Below are positions 49,830 through 64,000 of a stretch of 64,000 nucleotides of DNA, one piece after another (positions within the stretch are counted from its first letter, which is position 1; every line of letters starts with the position of its first letter). Origin of the DNA: the human T2T-CHM13v2.0 reference genome, Homo sapiens. The position numbers and the translations under genes are program-made. The DNA lies in NCBI RefSeq assembly GCF_009914755.1, contig NC_060931.1; one strand, given 5' to 3'. The notes beneath the pieces are model-generated. The model ran no database searches. It was not told the origin of the DNA and saw nothing but the letters and a program-made list of their open reading frames with translations.

Positions 49830-50720
49830 CTTTATCCAATGCCGGAGGCTATTGTCGAAGCCACGGCCTGCCATTTCATACCCTTTGCAATAGGTGGCGC
49901 TGACGCCTGGCAGGGAGAAGGCGGCAGCACATGCTGGGCTCGGGGGCGATGGGCTTGTGCGCGGACCTGGCGACGCTCTAGCCCCGAGCCGCGTATTCGT
50001 GGCCGGGTCCTCCCTGGGAACAGGGTGAAGGCCGAGAACCTCTGGCCTCAGGAAGCGCATGCGCAACCGGTTCTCCGAAACATGGAGTCCTGTAGGCAAG
50101 GTCTTACCTGAATCAGGTAAGAGGCGGGCGGGGAAGGAGTGGAGCCTCCCCGTGCACCCTCGCAGCCCGCTCCAGGAGTGGGACTAGCCCTCCTTGGGGG
50201 TGTGGCTCGTGTGCGTGGGCCACACCAGTCCTAGGGGCAGGTAAGTGCGCGTGGCCCAGGAGGCGTGAGGCTGTGCTGGCGAGGGGAGGGCTCCCGGGGC
50301 GCGTGGGTGCCCATACGAGGTGCGCCGCCGCCGGTCCAGAAGAGGGCCACGTGGGCGAGAGCCTCGGTCGTCGCCTCCCAGCACCTCGGGGTCGTAGAGA
50401 ACACAAAAGTCACACAACCCTCGCCGAGGCTTGACCCCCGCGACAGAGTTTAGTCATTCCGTTAGCTGGCTCCACCCGCCCTCCTGGGCGTGGGGACTCG
50501 ATTTCTTGGGAGGCTGCGCCTTCCTACTTGTGGGACAGCCAGGCTTGGAGGTTGGAAAGGTCGCAGGCACACGGGTGTGACCGAGTGGTAGAGGGCGTGG
50601 CTGTTCCGGGTCGGAGCTGCAGGTGTCGGTCCAGGTCCAGGCGCTGGGGTCACCAGGGCAGAGAGCGGCAGTGGTGGCGCGGCTGGGGGCCTGGTTCAGG
50701 GAGGGGGACAGCTGAAGAAG
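49830..50720. promoter_or_regulatory. MEST: MEST upstream (alternative) CpG-island promoter
   Basis: CpG-rich. NRF1 palindrome GCGCATGCGC 50055-50064, CTCF-like AGGTGGCGCT 49892-49901, splice donors after 50116 and 50240. Confidence 0.85.
49900..50116 (+). other. MEST: MEST alternative non-coding first exon (5' end approximate); splices to exon 2 and uses the ATG at 59090
   Basis: CAG|GTAAGA donor after 50116. A second perfect donor CAG|GTAAGT follows 50240. Confidence 0.75.
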
Positions 50721-50769
50721 GTGTGAGGTGAGGAGAGCAATCGAGGAAAACGGAAGCACCTGCTCCTGG

Positions 50770-54900
<4,131 letters not shown>

Positions 54901-55408
54901 TGGATTAGAAAAATTCCTCCCTCTTTCTTGTGCCTCTGGGCCCTTGCATTGTGATTCTATCTTACGTAAATAAAGGGGGCTTTGCTCTCCTAATTGTGCC
55001 CACTGTTCTGTGCAGCGCGGACCGGCGCATGCAGCGAGCGGGGCTGCGAGGGCGCTGCTGTGGCCAGGCGTCTGGCATGCTGACCACGTCGCGCTGCTGT
55101 AAAGGAAACCTGCCCCGCGCAGCGGCGGTGGCTGGAGCGGGAGAAACCGGACTTTGTGCAACTTTGGCCATAGTGGCCATCCCATGAATCTGTTTACTAG
55201 CTTGGTGGTGGGTCCAACAGAGCTTGTTGCTCCCTAGCCGCTTGCTCGTGCCCTTGGTGGTTACCGGTAGTTAAGCTTAGGGCGCATAGGGCCCTCGTGG
55301 CTCGCCACCTCTCACGGTTCAGTACCCACGCTTCGAACGAGGGATGGGAGCAGGCGCCACGGCCGGCACCCCAGAGCCCTGCTGCCCCTTAGTTCGAGCG
55401 GCCATCCT

Positions 55409-55468
55409 CCTGTGGGGCTTGTGGGCAGCCTGTGGGGTTTGTGGGCGGCCTGTGGGGTTTGTGGGTGG
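55409..55468. repeat. 3 x 20-bp G-rich tandem repeat (CCTGTGGGGYTTGTGGGYRG)
   Basis: Units start at 55409, 55429 and 55449. Confidence 0.9.
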
Positions 55469-56034
55469 TCTAAGGAAAGAGTTGGGGCACTCAGGGGTCT
55501 GCTGTTTTTGCCCGTGGCCTTAACTCATCAGGGGAGGGTTTCTGCAGCAGAATCTCGGGCTCAGGGTTGGCGGTTAACGAGGGAGCAGCGGGGTCTTGGG
55601 GAGGGGGCTCGACACCCCTGAAGGTGCCCCCTAAAGGAGCCACTGTTAGAGGGGCACCCCATCTTTGTGGCCATGGCGGTGGTAGAGCGGCTGGGAGGGG
55701 CTCTGCGGCGAGCAAGGGAGCAGGCGGTAGGGGTTCTGCGGCGATGGGCGGGCTAGGGGCGGGGCGCGGGTGGGCTCTAAAAGTCGGTGCCCACTCGCTC
55801 CGCGCTGCCGCGGCAACCAGCACACCCCGGCACCTCCTCTGCGGCAGCTGCGCCTCGCAAGCGCAGTGCCGCAGCGCACGCCGGAGTGGCTGTAGCTGCC
55901 CGGCGCGGCGCCGCCCTGCGCGGGCTGTGGGCTGCGGGCTGCGCCCCCGCTGCTGGCCAGCTCTGCACGGCTGCGGGCTCTGCGGCGCCCGGTGCTCTGC
56001 AACGCTGCGGCGGGCGGCATGGGATAACGCGGCC

Positions 56035-56060
56035 ATGGTGCGCCGAGATCGCCTCCGCAG
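56035..56060 (+). CDS. MEST: MEST coding exon 1 (MVRRDRLR)
   Basis: gccATGG Kozak context, 26 nt, CAG|GTGAGT donor. Confidence 0.96.
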
Positions 56061-56275
56061 GTGAGTGTGCGGTGGGAACGAGGGGGTGTGGCTGGCGGCC
56101 CTGGGACTAGGGCGCAGGCGAGCGGAGGACTGTGTGCCCGTGTCCGAGCTGGGGCTGCCTCTGGGCGAAAACTCTACCGACAGGCGGCACGCATTCCGCG
56201 CCCGCTCTGCCTACTTGAGGAGGGGGTGTCACTCCTGCCCGCAATGGAATGTTCAGAACGCGGGACCTCCTTGGG

Positions 56276-56810
56276 TTAGGATTTCTAGACCCCGGGATCG
56301 TCGTGGTGAGATTTAGGATTTCTGGACCCCAGCGTCATCTTGATATGACTTAGGATCCATAATGACCCTGGTCTCACCCTGATGCGAATTGGGATTTTTA
56401 GATCCTGGCATCACCCTGGTGCGATTTAGGATTTTTATACTCAGTCATTGCTGCAGCATGATTTAGGATTTCTAACCCCCAGCATCGCCCTGGTTTGATT
56501 TAGGATATTTAGACTCCGGCTTCCCTCTGGTGCGATTCAGGATTCTTAGACTCCGCCGTTGCCGTGGCGCGATTTAGGATTTATAGATCCCGGCAAAGCC
56601 CTGGTGCGATGTAGGATTTTTAGAACCCCAGCATCGCTCTGGTGCGACTTAAAGGATAGGCCCCAGCATCGCCCTGGTGCGATGTAGGATTTTTAGAACC
56701 CCGGTATCTCCGTGGCGCACCTTAGGATTTCAAGAACGGGATAATCGCAGTGCCGAGATCGCCGCGGTGCAGCTTAGGATTTCAAGACCCAGGTATCACG
56801 GTGGCGGGAG
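56276..56810. repeat. Degenerate 37-bp tandem repeat, 14 units, in MEST intron 1 DMR
   Basis: TTAGGATT-like anchors at 56276, 56313, 56350, 56389, 56426, 56463, 56500, 56537, 56574, 56611, 56649, 56684, 56722, 56774. Confidence 0.92.
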
Positions 56811-59088
56811 TCACCGCAGTGACTAGAACTCGCAGTGCCCGTCAGCCGCCTTAAGTATTTTTCAGATTTCAGTAACAAGCGCGAGTGAGAACGGCGATGT
56901 GACCAAACTGTCATGTTGCGCAGGGATTGTTCACCTTGGTTTCGCGGGTTTTCAAAGTGGTTCGTCTCGCGGCGACGCCATCAGGTGGGCGGCAGGTTGG
57001 GTGGTATTATTACGGGAGTGTGTTTTTCTGTTTACAAGATGAAGAAATCAAGGCTCAGAAATTTCTGGAAAGTTTGTTACTGGAGTTTGCTTATTGTCTC
57101 CGCTCATGGCTCATCAAATAGTTGGGATTTTGGCCAAAAAATGTTTGCTTAACCCATTTTGCCTACTGACGGCTAGGTTGCTTCACTTCTAAAAATCCTA
57201 AAAGTTCATGGGGGCATTTTTACTGAGGTAATAAGACAAAAAATGGCCCCCTGAGAGGTTGCCTCTTTGCTTTCTTGGAGTAAGAGGAGGAGGGTGTGGA
57301 GGGGGGTGTCCAGGAGTGGAGTATGTTGGTCGATAGCCTCGTTTTTTAACCCCCCACTTTCCCTGAGCAGCGGCGGGGAAGCCTCCCCATTTGCCGCTCT
57401 GGCCGCCCCTCCCGGGGCTCTCTGCTGAGTCACTGCAGAGATTCAGCTGCTGGAACCCCGGGGATGAATGCGATGAGAAGCACTGGGGGAAAGGAGTAAT
57501 GAAATCTGCACATGAAAATGTATACATTGAAGTACAGGACAGATAGGGCTGGGCAAATGATCGTCAAAACCTAATGGTTTTTGTCATCTGACCTTTCAAG
57601 GAGATACTGGGATACAGCCTGCTATTGTTGGGTGAAAACTGTGATATAACCATCATGTTCTGGCACTTTTTTGAACCATTTCTAGTATTACCTTGAGAAG
57701 TAGGACCAAATGGTTCTATCCGTCTTATGGACAGGTACTTTGGAGAAAAAAAGAAATGACTGCCCTAATAATGCCTAAAAAATAGCCTGGGGAGCTGACA
57801 TTGTTTAAGAAACATGGTTATTTTACCACTGTAAAACCACAGGCTTGTTTTTAGATTTTAGCAAAAAGTATCAGGGATATGGGGGGGAAAAGTATCTTGT
57901 AAGTTGAGGAAGTTAGCGAACGGGTAGGTAGATTACAGGCAATAGGGAAGAATGTGTGTACAGACGGAAAGCCATTTCCCCCAGGGCTTTAGCAATTAAT
58001 TTATTTCAGCTCTATGACAACTCTAATTTTAGTTTTGGAGGGTATTATTTCCATTCTGGCTGTTTTGAGAGAACTTCCATTCTACTGACAATTCTTGATC
58101 TGTTGACCATCAGAAGTCATAGACTTGAAACAGAACGGTTTATAATTCCTGTTTGGCACTCCTTGTCAATGTGGATAAACTGACTTGTGCCTTTGAAGTC
58201 CTGGGCATGGGAGGGTTGGGTGTACCAACCAGTGCTCTTTTTCCAAAGACAAAATCAATTCTCACACGCTGGGTATGAGTTATGCCTTATCTGGGGGTGG
58301 GGGAGCATCTTAGGAAATTAAATGGAAACTTAAAGAGTCTGCTAAGAAAAGCAGAAATGTAATCTACCGCCTTGACCTCTCAAGAGATTAGATATTCAGG
58401 GTCATGACAAAGCTGCTTATGTTGGAATACACAGTGCAGCTATCTTACTTTCACAGACTGTTTACCCTGAGCAGTTTCTCAGCCCAAATCCAGAAAGGAG
58501 TACTAAATGGGGCTTCATTTAGGCAGGAGGGCTGAAAATCAGGAGTAGCTCTCTGCTTGAGGACATGTGATAAGTTACTACACACACACACTCTTTAAAA
58601 CATGAGATATAGCACATATATATTTTTTGAACATTTTACTGGTTGGGGGTAGTGGGTAGATGGTAGAGCTTTTGGAGTAAATAAGAAAGAAGTTATTTTT
58701 TTCCTGGGAAGCCTTGATAAAAGTCAACGAAAGAGTGTCCAGCATTTAAGTCATGTCCCTTTTATTTATATAAAGTCCTCTTCAGCAGGTATTGGGAAGA
58801 CCACAAGGGTAGGGGCTAAGGGGTTAAAGTCGGGGAGCAGAGGCAGAAGATTATATGTTGAAATAATGTATTTTTTTTCCTTAAGATTAGAATGATGAAC
58901 AAATATGGTGAGTGCTATGGCAGACAGAGGTTTGATTATAGTCTCGGTCAGCTTTGTGCCTATGTGAAGGGCAATGTAATCATTGCATGGTAACAGCAAT
59001 CTCCCACCCCATCTTACCAGGTTTTGGTTTGTAGATGAGTGGACAATGTTACCTGACTGCTTACAGTGGGTCTCTGCTTTTCCTACAG

Positions 59089-59243
59089 GATGAGGGAGTG
59101 GTGGGTCCAGGTGGGGCTGCTGGCCGTGCCCCTGCTTGCTGCGTACCTGCACATCCCACCCCCTCAGCTCTCCCCTGCCCTTCACTCATGGAAGTCTTCA
59201 GGCAAGTTTTTCACTTACAAGGGACTGCGTATCTTCTACCAAG
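59089..59243 (+). CDS. MEST: MEST exon 2 ([25 protein letters not shown]...RIFYQ); internal ATG 59090 starts the short isoform
   Basis: ttttcctacag acceptor, AAG|GTAAGA donor, 155 nt, phase continuous with exon 1. Confidence 0.97.
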
Positions 59244-59836
59244 GTAAGAAGTGGACTATTGGAAGTCCTGCGTGTATCGGTCACATAAGTCCCAGCTGAG
59301 GTATTTATTTTGTGGCTATTGGTCTCTTGTTGCTCCTTAATGATGGAGGAGAGTATCTCTCTCTCTTTCTGTGTAGTGTGCTTGCAGAGAAGCGCAGAAA
59401 ACTGCTGGGAGAATGGGGGTAGGGACTGAGATTCCAACCTGCAGACCTTACCTTTTAGTATAAGTTTTCTTTGTAGCTTGATATGTATTCCAATATTAGT
59501 TTTTTTTTTTTTTTTTTTTGAGCAACCTGTCAGGTAATATATAAAATATTAATAGATATAACCACCATTGGTTCTCTCTCCTTACCATCCCTGATTTCAT
59601 TTTTTCTGTAGATTATTTGTAGTGTAACTGTGATTTAAGTCTTGATACCATTATATAAATTAATTTGCTAGTGATGATGATTATTATGACCACTACTTAT
59701 CAAGTAATTACCATATGCCAGGCACTGAGTTATGTTTTCAGCCTTCATTGTTTAATCTTTACAACAGCATTTGGAGATAGGTGCCATTAACCTCATTTTA
59801 TAGGTGAAGAAACTGAGAAACAGATTGGAAATGATT

Positions 59837-59930
59837 TGTTTTGAGCGGGGGTCAAGAGCAATAACGAAAAATGTTTGTCATAAACCGTTTTTCATTATTG
59901 CTCCTGACCTCCTCTCATTTGCTATATTCA
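59837..59930 (+). ncRNA. MIR335: pre-miR-335 in MEST intron 2 (5p 59852-59874, 3p 59888-59909)
   Basis: TCAAGAGCAATAACGAAAAATGT and TTTTTCATTATTGCTCCTGACC form complementary hairpin arms and are recognised as miR-335-5p and -3p. Confidence 0.96.
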
Positions 59931-60856
59931 ATTAAGTAAGTATACAATTTTTATTATGTTGGCTTGGGTTACTTCCAGTTTTACTGTTTTAAAAAACTAA
60001 TGTTGAAGTAAAAGCTTCATGTCCATACAGTTTATTTTTTCCTTACATTTTCAAACTATACTACTTGTATAAATGGAATGATTTTATTTGCACAGATTCT
60101 CAAGAACAAAACTCTTAGGCTAAAGTATATACAATTTTTAACTGCTTCTAAATTATTTTTGAAAACCTTATTACCAAATTTTCATGTCACTGGCAGTATA
60201 TGAATATACCTGTTCTAATCCCATACTATTAGCAAGGTTAATATTGTCTAAATGTTTACCTAATTTAGATGATGCTGAATGCTTCCATATTGTCATATGC
60301 ATTAAAAAAGTTCATGTTTATGTTGATTAAGCCCTTTTTATAGTTGACAGGATTTTGTAATAGTTTTATTATGTTTTTGATGTTAGATTGGGTCTCCTGC
60401 TGAATAAAAAGTGCTGAGCAAACAGCATAAGCTAAAGGTGTTCCTTGGGAATAGTTGCTGTATCTTAGAGAATTTCTGTGAGGCCATTCATGATAAAGTA
60501 CAAAGAATTTGTAGTTTATGTGTTGTGATCATATGCTTTTAACTGAAAATTTACTTTTCACTGAAAAAATTTGCATATTACAGAACAAAAGGAGAAATGG
60601 GGAGATGCTGTTTAAAAACACCTAGGTGAAAGTAAACAAGGTGCCTTCAAGTATTTTCACATAGCATGATTTTTACAATGTTTTAATATACAGATTGAAA
60701 GGAGAAAAGGCCTGTTCTCACCTAACGCAGTTAAGCTTACATTTTACAAATAATTGTGTCATTTTAATGTCAATTTGGTCACAGTTTCTTGTTCTTTGTA
60801 TCAGATTACTTAGATTTTAACATCTTCGAGGTTATTTTTATAGGGATTTGGCATAA

Positions 60857-61404
<548 letters not shown>

Positions 61405-61661
61405 TTACTGAAGGGAATAAACAACTCCTTGGCACTCTGGAAGGGATCACTGCCAAATTACCCTCCCTCAACAGGGATTAATTACCAGGAATAAAGCATT
61501 TTCCAAGAGGATCATCTGTGGGACCTGTGGTAGTTTCATGGCGTTTTCTCTTTATGGAAGTCTGTTAAGCCAAGATGGGGCTGAAGCTCCTGTGCAACTG
61601 TAGGTCTGGTGAAAGGGAGGGGCAGGAGCAGAAAGCCCAAATCATCGTTTCTTTCTTGTAG

Positions 61662-62203
<542 letters not shown>

Positions 62204-62657
62204 GTAATTGCCTTGGCGGTAGGTAGAAAGTGGGTGTAATCTAGAAGGGCCATCTTTAGATACAGCGGCACCTAAATGGTAATCTGATAATATTTCAAGT
62301 AGACATAATTAAACTATGGGATCTCTACCTCTTCTGTGCCATCAACTCCTTTGGTGGTCTGACAAGATTTATGGACCCTTTCTCAGAATGTTTTAAAATA
62401 AAGAAACAAACAGCATTACAAAGGATAGTGACTTTACTTACATAGTCAATAAAAAGCTGCATTATAGTCACATGTGCTTTTTCAATGCATTAGATAGCAA
62501 GTTCTAGTGGAGGACCTAGTAACAGCTATATCAGAAGGAGTGAGGAGTGTAAAGACTGTTTGCCATATCTGAAACAACTGCAATAGGTTATGAGAGTGTA
62601 GGATTGAAGATACAGAAAAAAGCCACAAGTGTTTCTAATACTACTATGATGTTAGTG

Positions 62658-62852
62658 TAGAAAATCCTTACTTAATGTCATCAATGGGTTCTTGGAAACT
62701 GTGACTTTAAATGAAACGTTATAATGGAACCAATTTTTTTTCTCATCAATGTTTTAAAGAAAGGATGTTATTCAAGGACCTGCTGTACCTCATTCTGCTT
62801 AAAGCCGAAGTTTCCAAGAACCTATCCTGATGTTAAGTGAGGACTTAACTGT
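62658..62852. mobile_element. TcMar-Tigger-type MITE with long inverted arms in MEST intron 6
   Basis: Left arm tccttacttaatgtca...ggttcttggaaact is complementary to right arm agtttccaagaacc...tgatgttaagtgagga. Confidence 0.7.
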
Positions 62853-63434
62853 ATGAGATTCCCCAACTCCTAACTGATGGCAGTGCCAAGTTTCAGTTAG
62901 AAAATACCGAACCCCTGATTAGACTTTCTGGGTAGCCAGCTTGCAAGTTCATGAATATCCAAATGTCTCCTGAACGCCTTAAGAGCAGACTGGGAGAGAA
63001 ATCCGTCTCTCCCTTTATCACTTATGCTCATGGCTTTCTTCCACTGACTCTGAAGAGAAAGGGAAAAGGAAAAACTCTAGGGTTTTTAAAGGACCTATAC
63101 TTATTTAAAAACTTCTTGTTTTATTCTTACAGCCCAAATCATTAACCCTCGTGTTCTGAGTGATAGGGGGAAATGCTAAGGGGAGTCAGAGCCTGGTTAT
63201 CAGCATTTTGGATGACCATATATTTTCTCCCCGTTTCACTATCTTTAAGATGGGAAAAGTAATTCCAGTGGGATTTATTGTGACCAGTTAAACACAGAAT
63301 TCCTGGAGAAGTAATTAGATGACAGTTTTAAATTGTTATTTGTAATTCTGTTTTGGTAGTAAAGGCTGCAGAGGTGATGGTGAATAGGGTGGGTAGTTTC
63401 TGATAATGGGCTTGCCTTTGACCTAAATGTAGGT

Positions 63435-63558
63435 AGGCTGGGTGAGGTGGCTTGCACCTGTAATCCCAGCACTTTGGGAGGCTGAGGTGAGAGGATTGCT
63501 TGAGCTCGAGACCAGCTGGGCAACCCAGTGAGATCCCGTCTCTATAAAAAAAAAAAAA
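63435..63558 (+). mobile_element. FLAM monomer just upstream of MEST exon 7
   Basis: Left-monomer consensus with A tail. Confidence 0.8.
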
Positions 63559-63600
63559 TTAAAGCTGTAGGTAAATGACTAAGATAAGTCTCTTCTACAG

Positions 63601-63641
63601 GTATCTTTCCTGAGACTCACCGTCCACTCCTTCTCCAAAAG
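63601..63641 (+). CDS. MEST: MEST exon 7 (GIFPETHRPLLLQK); the gene continues past the window
   Basis: tcttctacag acceptor, AAG|GTTGGT donor, 41 nt, in phase. Confidence 0.94.
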
Positions 63642-64000
63642 GTTGGTACTTCACTGATAGACCTTTAGTTTTAGGATTTGTACTGACGTAAATAATGCTG
63701 GGACCTTTTAAGGGCCATAGCTCCTGTAACTGGCAGTAGTTAAATCCTCTTCCTTGTGAATTTCTATTAATGAAGTTACTTTTTCCCTTCTTAGGCAACT
63801 AAAGCAGAGGCAGTGGCCCCTACGTAAACCCAAAACCAATCCTAAGAATAAGAGATCAACAAATATTTGGAGAAATTACAGCTATGGAAAGATCTGTGTC
63901 ACAAGCTTGATGTTTGAACAAATTAGGATCCTACTCTAAACTTGAATATATCAGAGTTAAAGTTTTAGGGATTTAGTGAATTGTAGAAAAGTAATCTTAG

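Noticed and set aside
56276-56810. CRISPR-like look of the 37-bp array
   Set aside because: The variable parts are diverged copies of one unit, not unrelated spacers. The context is mammalian and there are no cas genes.

Overview
Human (primate) genomic DNA, recognisable from memory as the imprinted CEP41-MEST interval on 7q32. Left end: CpG-island promoter and first coding exon of CEP41 (minus strand, MSLRRHIGNPE). Middle (~10-45 kb): mostly Alu, L1, LTR and DNA-transposon debris, including a very young L1HS Ta-1 insertion with an intact target-site duplication (TSD). Right end: MEST (plus strand) with its upstream promoter/exon (~50 kb), the imprinted CpG-island promoter, coding exons 1-7, intronic MIR335 and the antisense lncRNA MESTIT1. 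Three observations stand out. (1) A chain of minus-strand, splice-signal-bounded, coding-like exon relics runs from MESTIT1 exon 2 almost to CEP41, suggesting MESTIT1 is the 5' end of a dead protein-coding gene. (2) A 14-unit degenerate 37-bp tandem array sits inside the MEST DMR. (3) Both alternative MEST first exons carry strong-context uORFs ending 6-7 nt before a MEST start codon. Repeat boundaries and subfamily names were read by eye and are approximate.
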